Below are positions 19,287 to 29,566 of a stretch of DNA of 64,000 nucleotides, piece after piece. Origin of the DNA: a virus; IMG/VR virus record IMGVR_UViG_3300035703_004050, positions 8,164-72,163 of that record, one strand, 5' to 3'. Position numbers and translations under genes: made by a program. Each line of letters starts with the position of its first letter. The first letter of the stretch is position 1. The notes below the pieces were generated by a model. The model saw nothing but the letters and a program-made list of their open reading frames with translations. It was not told the origin of the DNA and made no database searches.

Positions 19287-19689
19287 ACACCTTTTATTCA
19301 CCACAGTTGACATTACGCAAACTAATGTAAAAATTAAATCAAATATAGATGATTGGGATTTAAAAAGAAATCAACAACGAAACTTAGATACGTTAATACA
19401 GACAATTGGACTTAGAAGTCAGCCCACTAATATTCACATACGTAAATTTCCCAATTGTAAATTACATTATGCCTTAGGAAAAAATCTTCCTGAAATAGCA
19501 GCTATGTGGGAAATGGAATTTGATATAGAGCACGAAGGTGCTTTTGGAAAAGATTGCGAGCTTGTTCTAAAAGATTTAAATTACGTTCCTATTATTAATG
19601 GATTAACAGAAACTGAACCTGCATTCCCGCCAGTGTTCCAAAGCTATGGAACATTTAAAAATGTCCATATAATATTTTTACCCCGCTAA
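19264..19689 (+). CDS. hypothetical protein
   Basis: ORF with TTVDIT, RNQQRN motifs. Confidence 0.6.
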   Translation: MSTKMLYRHLLFTTVDITQTNVKIKSNIDDWDLKRNQQRNLDTLIQTIGLRSQPTNIHIRKFPNCKLHYALGKNLPEIAAMWEMEFDIEHEGAFGKDCELVLKDLNYVPIINGLTETEPAFPPVFQSYGTFKNVHIIFLPR

Positions 19690-19771
19690 TATAAATATTT
19701 TGTGTTGAAAAACACATTAGGCACAATATAGGCACCCATCAACTACTAATTTCAACTAATAAAGGGGTAGA

Positions 19772-20062
19772 ATGTCCTTATCGATTGAAAAACAAAGCCT
19801 AGAAGCACACGTTGATTTGTGTGCAGAGAGGTATGCTGGTTTGAAGGACGATTTAGCATCAATGTCCAAGCGAATTGAAAAGCTTGAAGATGGCATGAAT
19901 GAACGCATGGATAAACTCGAAACTAGCGTTACCGAGATCAAGGATATCTTAACTAAAAAAGAAACTAGTGCCCTACGTAGTATTATTGTTATTGGTTTAG
20001 CAATCATAGCTAGTTTAATTGGTACTGTTGGTGGATTAGTTTGGTACGTAGTAGCTCAATAA
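19772..20062 (+). CDS. coiled-coil protein with C-terminal transmembrane helix (holin/XhlA-like)
   Basis: TATAAATA at 19690-19697; heptad region then IIVIGLAIIASLIGTVGGLVWYVV. Confidence 0.5.
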   Translation: MSLSIEKQSLEAHVDLCAERYAGLKDDLASMSKRIEKLEDGMNERMDKLETSVTEIKDILTKKETSALRSIIVIGLAIIASLIGTVGGLVWYVVAQ

Positions 20063-20066
20063 GAGT

Positions 20067-20288
20067 ATGAAAAGAATCACTATCCTGTCTGGTGTTAACG
20101 TTTATATTTCCAACGAAATGATTAATATGTTAGATTTGATAGAATCAAACAAGGAAATTAAGTTTGATTCTTTAGAACTACCGCAAAAAAAGTTGCTTAA
20201 GGAATTGCACGAGCGTAACTTATTAGTTAGGAGAAGGAAAAACAATGAAGTTAGCTACAGCATACGATCAGGCATCAATTGGCGATAA
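20067..20288 (+). CDS. hypothetical protein (possible winged helix)
   Basis: 73-aa ORF in the late operon. Confidence 0.55.
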   Translation: MKRITILSGVNVYISNEMINMLDLIESNKEIKFDSLELPQKKLLKELHERNLLVRRRKNNEVSYSIRSGINWR

Positions 20289-20706
20289 ACTTAATAACTT
20301 AATTCAAGACACTCTTCCAACAATTACATTCCCAATTATATCAAAAGGTAGCGATTGGGTACGTGTAAATGATATCCTAATTAGGGAAACAAACGATACA
20401 TTTAAAGTTACTCGAAAAGGTGTTTTAATAACTCAATTTGCTAAAAAGTCGTGGGCAATTGCTTATGCTGTGGCGCTATGTCAAAGCGATTTTCAAACTT
20501 GTTTAACACTTAAAAATAACAATCTAAGAGTAGAAAAATACTTAGAAGAAATTGAACGTTATACCTATCATCTAGAACAAGCTAAAAATCGAGGTGATAT
20601 CTATAAGGAAAATATGTTTAGTGACCGTTTAAGTCGCACTATGAGCGAATACATAGCACTTATTGATGAAGTCTCTCCACTAATTAAAAGTCAATCATTT
20701 GTATAA
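20245..20706 (+). CDS. hypothetical protein
   Basis: ORF; exact start uncertain. Confidence 0.55.
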   Translation: MKLATAYDQASIGDKLNNLIQDTLPTITFPIISKGSDWVRVNDILIRETNDTFKVTRKGVLITQFAKKSWAIAYAVALCQSDFQTCLTLKNNNLRVEKYLEEIERYTYHLEQAKNRGDIYKENMFSDRLSRTMSEYIALIDEVSPLIKSQSFV

Positions 20707-20733
20707 ATAAGATATATAGTTAGGGATAACCAA

Positions 20734-21765
20734 ATGAAGCTTTCTGATATTGAAAAAACAAATAGTTCAGCAATGAACAAGAAGATGCGAGATGTGTTAG
20801 GATGGAATTTAAACTTAGATGCAATGACTGTAAGTTCTGCTACAAGCATGATGGAAAGCATTGACAGCAAGTTAGCAACAGTTCGTCAAAGTCATAAACT
20901 ACATGAAAGCCAAAATAATCCAAATTATGTTGGTATGATAATGGCAAAGCAAATTCTTGAAAGCTATGTTGCAGAAGCAATAAAGAAGAATGTAAAAGAA
21001 TCAGAACTTAAAGTTAAAGAAGGTAATAAGTTCAGCGGAGAATTAACTAAAGCAAAAGCTTCTGGAAAAGAAGAGTTTGAAGTTGATGGCAAGAAGTATA
21101 AAGTTTCTGGCGGAAAAACTGAAAAGAAAGTTGACGAGTCAAAAAAGAAGGTTAATGAAAAAGCAGTATCAAAGTCACAGCAACAAGCTGCTGGTGCTGC
21201 ACTAGCTGCAAAGCGTGGTGATGCTCCAAAGAGTAAACTAAAAGGCGCATCAAAAGAAATGATGGGCATGAGCACTAAGGAACTTGAAAAGTTTGCTAAG
21301 ACCAAGCACAAAGGTCTTCCAAAGAAGAAAGTTTCAGAATCCCGTTTATTTGAAGACGAGCTTGGACAAGCACAAGCAATGCTTGCTGCAAAGGACATGG
21401 TAGACTCAATGCAGGACATGATAGAAGATCTAAGCAAGATGCTTAACGAACAGCTTCCTCCACTTACAGACAGTATTCGTACAGCAATTGGTAGCGCAGA
21501 AGCAGATAGCTTTAAAGCAAGCGCAAGTTCAACACTTAGTTCATTGCTAACAACTGTACAGTCAAGCAGAGAAGCAATGGATCAAGCTGTACGTTCACTA
21601 AGTGGCGAACCAGCTGCTGTAAGTGTTCCAAGTGCCGGTGCAGACATGGACATGGGCGAACCAGATCTAGGTGATGATGATTTAGATCTAGGCGACGAGG
21701 ATGATTTTGGTGCTAGCGATGCTGCTGTAGGCGGTGATCTTCCAATGGGTCGTGAAAAGAGATAA
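20734..21765 (+). CDS. prohead core/scaffold-like protein containing a DUF3008-like segment
   Basis: TATAAATA 20702-20709; Glu/Lys-rich; AVSKSQQQAAGAALAAKRG...KGASKEM...TKHKGLP; acidic tail ending MGREKR. Confidence 0.6.
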   Translation: MKLSDIEKTNSSAMNKKMRDVLGWNLNLDAMTVSSATSMMESIDSKLATVRQSHKLHESQNNPNYVGMIMAKQILESYVAEAIKKNVKESELKVKEGNKFSGELTKAKASGKEEFEVDGKKYKVSGGKTEKKVDESKKKVNEKAVSKSQQQAAGAALAAKRGDAPKSKLKGASKEMMGMSTKELEKFAKTKHKGLPKKKVSESRLFEDELGQAQAMLAAKDMVDSMQDMIEDLSKMLNEQLPPLTDSIRTAIGSAEADSFKASASSTLSSLLTTVQSSREAMDQAVRSLSGEPAAVSVPSAGADMDMGEPDLGDDDLDLGDEDDFGASDAAVGGDLPMGREKR

Positions 21766-21770
21766 TATAA

Positions 21771-22124
21771 ATGCGTTTGTTTGAGATCGCCCCACAACGA
21801 ACAGAAGGTCCCGAACCAGTTCTAATGGCTATACTAAGTTACCTTAAGGGTAAAGGCGATCAAAGAGCATCAGGTGTACGTGTACCAATGTCCAGCATTG
21901 AAGCATTAATGCAAAATGCTGGACAATCTATTACATATGCTGAAATAGAAGATTTAAGACAAAAAAATCAAACAATTAACAATCTAATTAAAAGCATTAA
22001 TCAAGATGAAATCATCATTAACACTCAAAGCAATGATGAAGTAAGCGACGACCTAGAGTACCAACCTGGTGACGAACAAGATGTAGCAATGATGGCTAAA
22101 AGAGCAGCTACACGTCGTGATTAA
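21771..22124 (+). CDS. putative head-associated protein
   Basis: MRLFEI start, acidic C-terminus. Confidence 0.55.
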   Translation: MRLFEIAPQRTEGPEPVLMAILSYLKGKGDQRASGVRVPMSSIEALMQNAGQSITYAEIEDLRQKNQTINNLIKSINQDEIIINTQSNDEVSDDLEYQPGDEQDVAMMAKRAATRRD

Positions 22125-22160
22125 TTTGTTATTTTAAATAAAATCATTTAAACTTAATAG

Positions 22161-22847
22161 ATGTTATTAAAATCAATTTACGAGTATTCTAGTATTAAAA
22201 GAATACAATCTGATATTGGTCGTCAATATCTTACACCTGATGGTAACAAAGTTCCCAGCGTAACTACCATATTGGACAAAACAAAACCAATCGAAAAAGT
22301 CCAGGCACTAAACGAATGGCGTAACCGCGTTGGTCATGCACAAGCAGCAGAGATTACAAAGAATGCTGCAAATCGTGGCACTATCATGCACAAGCGATTA
22401 GAGGAATATATTGCAGGAGAAATGAAACCCCCTGGTTCAAATGTTGTTCATGCTCAGGCTGCTAAGATGGCAGATGCAATTATTGAACAATATATGAAAC
22501 CATTTGTAAGCGAAGTTTGGGGAAGTGAAGTAAACTTATATTATACTGGTCTTTACGCAGGCACAACAGACTGTGTTGGTGTTTGGAAAGGTGCTCCAGC
22601 TATAATGGACTTTAAACAAACCAATAAGCCAAAGAAACGAGAATGGATTGAGGATTATTTCCTACAATTATCTGCTTATGCTCATGCTCATAATCACATA
22701 TATGGTACAGAGATTAAACAGGGTATTATTCTTATGTGTTCTGGAGAAATAGAAACACAGCTATTTGAACTTAATTTAGAAGAGTTTGATAAGCATAGTG
22801 ATTTATGGTGGCAACGAGTTGAGCAATATCATCTAAAAAATACATAA
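22161..22847 (+). CDS. PD-(D/E)XK exonuclease
   Basis: PSVTTIL, RGTIMH, YAGTTD, MDFKQ, QLSAYA motifs. Confidence 0.85.
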   Translation: MLLKSIYEYSSIKRIQSDIGRQYLTPDGNKVPSVTTILDKTKPIEKVQALNEWRNRVGHAQAAEITKNAANRGTIMHKRLEEYIAGEMKPPGSNVVHAQAAKMADAIIEQYMKPFVSEVWGSEVNLYYTGLYAGTTDCVGVWKGAPAIMDFKQTNKPKKREWIEDYFLQLSAYAHAHNHIYGTEIKQGIILMCSGEIETQLFELNLEEFDKHSDLWWQRVEQYHLKNT

Positions 22848-22873
22848 ATAGTTAGATATAGCAGGATAACGAA

Positions 22874-24460
22874 ATGCCAATCATTACTATTAGCAAGATT
22901 CAACACAGATATGGTTTAGGGGAAAATTTACCACAATTGTCAGCAGCAGAATTTGGTTGGGCAATTGATCAACGTAGATTGTTTATTGGTAATGGTCCAA
23001 CAAGTGAAGGTGCCCCAAGTATTGGTAATACAGAAATTTTAACCCAATACAGCAACCTTTTAGAAGTAGCACAAAATTCCTATACTTATAAGGATGTTGC
23101 TGTTGGATATGAAGCAGTAACTGGCCCAAGCCCAGCATCGCCAACTACACGTAGTTTACAAGAAAAGTTAGACGACTTTGTTAACGTAAGAGATTATGGT
23201 GCTTTAGGTGATGGCGTTGTGGATGATACTGAAGCTATTCAAAGAGCGTTATCAGATTTATATACAAGGGACGCAAATCCTGCAGTTAGAAGAATACTTT
23301 ATTTTCCTGCAGGAAAATATTTAATTAGCGATACTATTAAAATACCTCCTTATGCTACATTACAAGGTGAAGGTAAAAATTGTACAATTTTGTTTACTAC
23401 AGATGACTCATTAGATTGTGTAGCACGTATTGCAGATAGTAAATTACAAGTTGGTTCATCAATTGGTATGAATGGTGCAGTACTTCCAGTATATATTACA
23501 ATAAATGATTTAACTTTTAACTCCAACTCATATGATATGGATGTTTTTATTCTTAATGCTAGCAAGTATATACATTTTAATCGTGTAGCATTTGATGGTA
23601 ATAGAAGTATTGTTCCGACTACAACTGGTACACTCGCAACCGGCGTAAAAATATTCAGTACGGAAATTAACATTTCTAGAAATATTGTTTTTAATGAATG
23701 TGAGTTTTCAGGACTTAACTACGGCACTATATTAGATGATGACATGGAAAACGTTGTATTTGATAAGTGTGTATTCAAAAAACTTTTTATTGCTGCTAAA
23801 ATAAGTGAATCTACATTAGGAACAGGTACAAGTGTGCTTGGTCCTCAAGGGTTGAGAATAACCAATAGTTTGTTTGATGAAATTTACAATTCAGCTATTG
23901 TAAACTATACAGAAAACAAGTTTACAAGCGCGTTTAATACATATTTGGATGTTGGTAATCAAAGCATAAACAATCCAACTTATCCAATTATAATATTTCA
24001 AGGTAGCGGTAGCGCAAGTATTTGCGACTCTTTCAAAAGAACTAATACAGAAAATTTATCAAGTCCTAGAATAAGTTACGATGATACTAAATCAATTTTT
24101 ATTGAACCATCACTTGGATTGTTTGTAGGTAAAAGACAAATTGAAGCAGGAGATGTAATTACATTAACTGATAATACTAGTGTTGCTACTAACACAACTA
24201 TCGCATTTAAGACTACAACTAAGTCACAAAAAGTTAATTACATAGCAACAAGAGATACTATAGTGAGAAATGGCACATTAGAAATTACTGCTACAGATGC
24301 AGGCATCACAGTTAGCGATAATTTTACTGAAAATGGTTCTGACATGGGACTAACATTAACAGCAACAATATCAGGATCCGATGTACTTGTAAAGTATACT
24401 ACAACTAATACTGGTGACGATATTACTTTCTCTTATAGCGTGGATCGCAATCTAATTTGA
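22874..24460 (+). CDS. tail fiber/spike protein with pectate-lyase-like beta-helix
   Basis: CATAAATA promoter; VNVRDYGALGDGVVDDTEAIQRA, LYFPAGKYLI. Confidence 0.8.
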   Translation: MPIITISKIQHRYGLGENLPQLSAAEFGWAIDQRRLFIGNGPTSEGAPSIGNTEILTQYSNLLEVAQNSYTYKDVAVGYEAVTGPSPASPTTRSLQEKLDDFVNVRDYGALGDGVVDDTEAIQRALSDLYTRDANPAVRRILYFPAGKYLISDTIKIPPYATLQGEGKNCTILFTTDDSLDCVARIADSKLQVGSSIGMNGAVLPVYITINDLTFNSNSYDMDVFILNASKYIHFNRVAFDGNRSIVPTTTGTLATGVKIFSTEINISRNIVFNECEFSGLNYGTILDDDMENVVFDKCVFKKLFIAAKISESTLGTGTSVLGPQGLRITNSLFDEIYNSAIVNYTENKFTSAFNTYLDVGNQSINNPTYPIIIFQGSGSASICDSFKRTNTENLSSPRISYDDTKSIFIEPSLGLFVGKRQIEAGDVITLTDNTSVATNTTIAFKTTTKSQKVNYIATRDTIVRNGTLEITATDAGITVSDNFTENGSDMGLTLTATISGSDVLVKYTTTNTGDDITFSYSVDRNLI

Positions 24461-24909
24461 TTTGGCACGACATTAGTTGTCGAGATCGTATATTAAAATG
24501 GCGAGAATGGCGCAATACCCTTTCTCTTTTGCCTCTCAACGATTGTTTAACTGAAGTAGCAGTAGCATGGGCAAAAGCACCTGTAGTAAATCATTATCTA
24601 ACACCAGATGATATAAATGAATGGCCAGATCCTTGGAACTTAATTAATGATAATATCTACTGTGATTTAAGTATTACGCTAGGTATGTTTTATACTCTTT
24701 CACTTTCCGATAATTCACATATTCCCAATAATATAAGCATAGAAATATATAAGACCAACGATGGTTGGGTTAATTTATGCTCGCTTGACAATGGATTATA
24801 CATGCTTAATTGGGAACCTAGAACTATTGTAAATAAATCCACGATCCCCAATTTAGGGAATCCAATTTTTAGTTATTCTAAAATTGACCTACAAAGCAAG
24901 TTAAATTAA
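24457..24909 (+). CDS. hypothetical protein
   Basis: 150-aa ORF, WPDPW motif. Confidence 0.6.
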   Translation: MIWHDISCRDRILKWREWRNTLSLLPLNDCLTEVAVAWAKAPVVNHYLTPDDINEWPDPWNLINDNIYCDLSITLGMFYTLSLSDNSHIPNNISIEIYKTNDGWVNLCSLDNGLYMLNWEPRTIVNKSTIPNLGNPIFSYSKIDLQSKLN

Positions 24910-24935
24910 ACTATTAAGTTATTAAAGGAACGTCT

Positions 24936-27239
24936 ATGAACAAAATTCAAGTAACAAAGCGTAATGGCGCCAAAGAAGATTTAAACCTAGATAAGCTACA
25001 CAAAGTAGTATTTTGGGCAACTGAAGGAATCGCTGGTGTAAGTGCTAGCGAAGTTGAACTTCGAAGTCAAATTCAATTCTATAACAACATTAAAAGTACT
25101 GAGATACAAGAAATGTTGATTAAGAGTGCTGCTGATTTAATTACAGAAGATAGCCCAAATTATCAATATGTTGCTGGTCGTTTAATTAATTTTCATTTGC
25201 GTAAGCAAGTGTATAGTCGCTTTTTGCCATGGAGTTTACTTGAAATTGTTAATAAGAACATTGAACGTGGACTATACGATAAAGAACTAATCAATTACTA
25301 TACAGAAGAAGAGTGGCGCAAGCTTGATAGCTACATTAAACATGATCGCGATATGGAACTTACATATGTTGCTATGGAACAGCTACGTGGTAAGTATCTA
25401 GTACAGAACCGTGTTAACGGTGAAATTTACGAAACTCCACAAGTGGCATATATGCTTATTGCTGCTACACTATTTGCAAATTATCCAAAGGAGACACGCA
25501 TTGGTTGGGTCAGAGACTATTACGAGGCAATTAGCAAGCATGATATCAGCTTACCCACACCAGTCATGGCAGGAGTACGAACACCGCAGCGTCAATTTAG
25601 TTCCTGTGTTCTTATTGAAAGCGAGGATAGCTTGGATTCTATCAACGCAACAGCTAGTTCAATCGTTAAGTATGTTTCGCAAAAAGCTGGCATTGGTATT
25701 GGTGCGGGAAGTATTAGGGCTATTAATAGTCCTATACGTAATGGTGATACCGCTCATACTGGCGTTATCCCATTCTTCAAATATTTTCAATCAGCCGTTA
25801 AGTCTTGTAGCCAAGGAGGTGTACGTGGAGGTGCAGCAACGCTTTACTATCCCATATGGCACCTTGAAGTAGAAGATTTACTCGTACTAAAGAATAACAA
25901 AGGAACAGATGATACCCGTGTGCGTCATATGGATTATGGTGTTCAGTTTAACAAGTTAATGTATGAGCGTCTTCTAACAGGTGGGGATATTACACTATTC
26001 TCTCCAAACGATGTACCAGGATTGTATGAAGCATTTTTTAATGATCAAGATAAGTTTCGCGAACTATATGAAACGGCAGAACGTAACACAAGACTACGAA
26101 AAAAGAAGATAAAAGCCATTGATTTGTTTAGTTCATTTATGAGTGAACGAAAAGACACTGGTCGTATCTATCTACAAAATGTAGATCATAGCAATACACA
26201 CAGTTCATTTGATGAAAAGAAGTGGCCAGTAAAAATGTCAAATCTTTGTGCAGAAATTACACTACCAACAAAACCACTTACACATATGTTTGACGAAGAA
26301 GGTCGCATTGCACTTTGTACACTAAGCGCAATCAACTGGGGTAACATTAAAGATCCAAAAGATTTTGAAAAACCATGTACACTAGCTATTCGTGGGCTTG
26401 ATGCATTATTAAGTTATCAAAATTATCCAGTATTAGCTGCGGAACTTTCTACAAACGATTTTCGCCCTCTCGGCGTTGGTATTATTAACCTTGCGTACTT
26501 CCTTGCAAAAAACGACGTAAGCTATAGTGATCCAGCAGCACTTGCACTTGTAGATGAATATGCAGAAGCATGGAGTTATTATCTCATTAAGGCCAGTGCA
26601 GATCTTGCAGCAGAGCAAGGTGCATGTGGTCTTAGCGAAGATACAAAGTATGCAAAAGGCATGGTACCATGCGATACACGTAAACTTGAAGTAGATGAAT
26701 TAGTATCTCACAATGAGCGTATGCCGTGGAACGATTTACGTGAACAACTAAAAGAAACTGGCATTCGTAATGCAACTGTTATGGCACTTATGCCAGCAGA
26801 AACAAGCGCACAAATTGCCAATGCTACAAACGGTATTGAACCTCCTCGCGCCTATGTTTCCGTTAAGCAGTCAAAGCACGGTGTGCTTAAGCAAGTAGTG
26901 CCTGGTTATCCGCGTTTAAAGAACAAGTATGAACTACTTTGGGATCAGCAGAGTCCAGAAGGTTATTTAAAGATTTGTGCTATTCTCCAAAAGTGGATAG
27001 ATCAAAGCATTTCAACTAATACTTCTTATAATCCAACGTTCTATGATGATGATAAGATTCCAATGAGTGAAATGCTTAAGCACTTAGTACTTTGCTATAA
27101 GTATGGAATCAAAACTCTTTATTACTTCAATACATTTGATGGTGCAGGTGAAGTAGATGTTGACAAGATGGTTAATAAAGCTGTAGAGTTAGAACCTGTA
27201 GTTACAGATGATGAATCTTGCGATAGTTGTGTAATTTAA
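24936..27239 (+). CDS. nrdA: ribonucleotide reductase class Ia alpha subunit
   Basis: ATP cone VTKRNG, FSSC, CSQGGVRGG, SNLCAEI, C-terminal CDSC. Confidence 0.97.
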   Translation: MNKIQVTKRNGAKEDLNLDKLHKVVFWATEGIAGVSASEVELRSQIQFYNNIKSTEIQEMLIKSAADLITEDSPNYQYVAGRLINFHLRKQVYSRFLPWSLLEIVNKNIERGLYDKELINYYTEEEWRKLDSYIKHDRDMELTYVAMEQLRGKYLVQNRVNGEIYETPQVAYMLIAATLFANYPKETRIGWVRDYYEAISKHDISLPTPVMAGVRTPQRQFSSCVLIESEDSLDSINATASSIVKYVSQKAGIGIGAGSIRAINSPIRNGDTAHTGVIPFFKYFQSAVKSCSQGGVRGGAATLYYPIWHLEVEDLLVLKNNKGTDDTRVRHMDYGVQFNKLMYERLLTGGDITLFSPNDVPGLYEAFFNDQDKFRELYETAERNTRLRKKKIKAIDLFSSFMSERKDTGRIYLQNVDHSNTHSSFDEKKWPVKMSNLCAEITLPTKPLTHMFDEEGRIALCTLSAINWGNIKDPKDFEKPCTLAIRGLDALLSYQNYPVLAAELSTNDFRPLGVGIINLAYFLAKNDVSYSDPAALALVDEYAEAWSYYLIKASADLAAEQGACGLSEDTKYAKGMVPCDTRKLEVDELVSHNERMPWNDLREQLKETGIRNATVMALMPAETSAQIANATNGIEPPRAYVSVKQSKHGVLKQVVPGYPRLKNKYELLWDQQSPEGYLKICAILQKWIDQSISTNTSYNPTFYDDDKIPMSEMLKHLVLCYKYGIKTLYYFNTFDGAGEVDVDKMVNKAVELEPVVTDDESCDSCVI

Positions 27240-27249
27240 AGAGGAAATA

Positions 27250-28362
27250 ATGAGCGTATTTGATATTAATAATAAGAGCGACCATACTAAAAGTTTGGCG
27301 TTTTTAGATCCAAATGGTGGTGTAACTATTCAACGTTATGATACTATGAAGTATCCAGCTATTGACAAACTTACTGACAAGCAGCTAAGTTTCTTTTGGC
27401 GTCCAGAAGAAGTTGATACACTGCGTGATGCTAAGGACTTTAAAGCTCTTACAGATCATGAACAGCATATCTTTACAAGTAATCTAAAGCGTCAAATACT
27501 TTTAGATAGTGTTCAAGGTCGCGCACCAAGTGTAGCGTTTGGTCCTATCTGTTCATTGCCAGAACTTGAGAATTGGATTACTACTTGGACATTTAGTGAA
27601 ACAATTCACTCACGTTCATATACACACATCATTCGTAATGTCTACGCAAATCCAAGTGTTATCTTTGATGGCTTAATGGACATTGCAGAGATTATTGATT
27701 GTGCTAAAGACATTAGTAAGAATTACGATGAATTAATTCATTACAATAATGTTCTTGCTACACTGCCAAAAACATACGAAGAAACACCCAATGCTGCCTA
27801 TAAACATAAACGAGCACTTTGGCTTGCGCTTATGAGCGTAAACATTCTAGAAGGTGTGCGCTTCTATGTCAGCTTTGCTTGCAGTTGGGCGTTTGCTGAA
27901 ACCAAACGTATGGAAGGCAACGCAAAGATTATCAAATTTATTGCAAGAGATGAAAATCTACACTTGGCGGGGACGCAACTCTTGTTAAAGACATTGCCTA
28001 AAGACGATCCAGTATTTGTACAAATTGCAGAAGAAACAAAAGAAGAAGCAATTAAAATGTTTGTAGATGCTGCTAATCAAGAGAAATCTTGGGCAAAGTA
28101 TCTATTTAAAGACGGATCAATGATTGGTCTCAACGAACAATTGTTAAACGAGTACGTAGAATGGATTACTGCTCGACGTATGCAAAGTGTAGGATTGCCG
28201 TGTCCATATAAAGTTGGATCTAATCCATTACCTTGGACACAAAAGTGGATTAGTGGTATGGAAGTACAAGTTGCACCTCAAGAAACAGAAATCAGTTCAT
28301 ACACTATTGGCGCCGTAAAACAAGACGTTAATGAAAATACATTTAAAGGAATAAGCCTATGA
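27250..28362 (+). CDS. nrdB: ribonucleotide reductase class Ia beta subunit
   Basis: FFWRPEE, LDSVQ, ETIHSRSY, EGVRFY, RDENLH, APQETEISSY. Confidence 0.97.
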   Translation: MSVFDINNKSDHTKSLAFLDPNGGVTIQRYDTMKYPAIDKLTDKQLSFFWRPEEVDTLRDAKDFKALTDHEQHIFTSNLKRQILLDSVQGRAPSVAFGPICSLPELENWITTWTFSETIHSRSYTHIIRNVYANPSVIFDGLMDIAEIIDCAKDISKNYDELIHYNNVLATLPKTYEETPNAAYKHKRALWLALMSVNILEGVRFYVSFACSWAFAETKRMEGNAKIIKFIARDENLHLAGTQLLLKTLPKDDPVFVQIAEETKEEAIKMFVDAANQEKSWAKYLFKDGSMIGLNEQLLNEYVEWITARRMQSVGLPCPYKVGSNPLPWTQKWISGMEVQVAPQETEISSYTIGAVKQDVNENTFKGISL

Positions 28363-28613
28363 AGACACTTACAATTTATACTAAACCCGGTTGCCAATAT
28401 TGCGCTGCGGCTAAACAATATCTTAATGAGCAAGGTATCGCTTATAATGAAGTTGATATTACTCTTAATGAAGATAAAGCAGATTGGTTGCGTAATCAAG
28501 GATTTAGAAGTTTACCAGTAATATATGCTGGAGATGAACCACTTATTAACGGTGGTTGGACTACACTCAAAACAATGCGTAAGCATGAAATTATGGAAAG
28601 GTTAGCAGCTTAA
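28359..28613 (+). CDS. glutaredoxin
   Basis: CQYC active site, RSLPVI, GG; follows nrdB. Confidence 0.9.
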   Translation: MKTLTIYTKPGCQYCAAAKQYLNEQGIAYNEVDITLNEDKADWLRNQGFRSLPVIYAGDEPLINGGWTTLKTMRKHEIMERLAA

Positions 28614-28945
28614 TGCTATTAAACAAATCATACAATCAAGGCGATGTAATTACTTTCAAACTAACAACTGGTGAGGAAGTAATTGCTCGCTATGAGGGCG
28701 AAACATTAACTGAATATCAAATTAAAAAACCAGTTACATTAGCACCAACTCCAAATGGTAATCTTGGAATGTTGCCATCCATGTTTTCTGTAGAGTTAAA
28801 TACAGTTACAATTAATTTGCAGAAGAGTGCTGTAGCAATGTCAGCACAGAGTCGTAAAGAAGTAAGCGATGAATATACTCGCGGAACTAGCGGCATTAAA
28901 CCTGCAAACTCAATTAACGAGTTATTAAATGTTAAAAACAACTAA
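28613..28945 (+). CDS. conserved hypothetical protein (Sm-like fold possible)
   Basis: TFKLTTGEEVIA motif. Confidence 0.6.
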   Translation: MLLNKSYNQGDVITFKLTTGEEVIARYEGETLTEYQIKKPVTLAPTPNGNLGMLPSMFSVELNTVTINLQKSAVAMSAQSRKEVSDEYTRGTSGIKPANSINELLNVKNN

Positions 28946-29516
28946 TACAAATGACGTTATTGTTATTGATGACTTTATACCTTTAAGTCTACAAGAACAT
29001 TATAAAAATGTGTTACTTAAAGAAAACTTTCCTTGGTATTATATGCAAGATATAACTACGGATAAAAATTTACAACTGAGACCTGCAGTTTCACATGTGT
29101 TGTATGATAATGGAACTAAAATTAGCCCACTTGAGATTGATATTTTAGCTCATCTAGGAGCAGAAAAGTTTGGGTGGGCAATTAATTCAATAGTAAATGG
29201 AAAAACTATTTTACAGTTCCCTTTAAATCAAGATTTAATTGGCACAGAAAAAGATAATTTACATATAGATATAGATCCATTTTATCCACATTTGGTTGTA
29301 TTATACTACGTTCTCGATGCTGATGGAGATACAATTATTACTAACGTCAAAACTGACGGCAAAACACCAAGTACAATTAAATTTGAAAATCAACCAATAC
29401 TACAAAAAATAACACCAAAGCAAGGTCGTGTTGTTCTTTTTAACGGTAGTCATTATCATACTGCTGAACAACCAAAAAATGGAATTCGTTGTGTTATTAA
29501 TTTAAACATTTATTAA
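28929..29516 (+). CDS. 2OG-Fe(II) oxygenase
   Basis: HID...LYYV..ADGDT...PKQGRVVLFNGSHYH...R.VIN. Confidence 0.8.
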   Translation: MLKTTNTNDVIVIDDFIPLSLQEHYKNVLLKENFPWYYMQDITTDKNLQLRPAVSHVLYDNGTKISPLEIDILAHLGAEKFGWAINSIVNGKTILQFPLNQDLIGTEKDNLHIDIDPFYPHLVVLYYVLDADGDTIITNVKTDGKTPSTIKFENQPILQKITPKQGRVVLFNGSHYHTAEQPKNGIRCVINLNIY

Positions 29517-29566
29517 AGCTTCATATTTTTCTAAGTTAAATACTATGTATTTAAAAGGATTGATGA

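Noticed and set aside
22161-22847. Cas4 / CRISPR system
   Set aside because: PD-(D/E)XK nuclease without the Fe-S Cys cluster; no repeat-spacer array or other cas genes seen in the window.
24936-28362. Introns or inteins in nrdA/nrdB
   Set aside because: Both ORFs are uninterrupted and of normal class Ia length.
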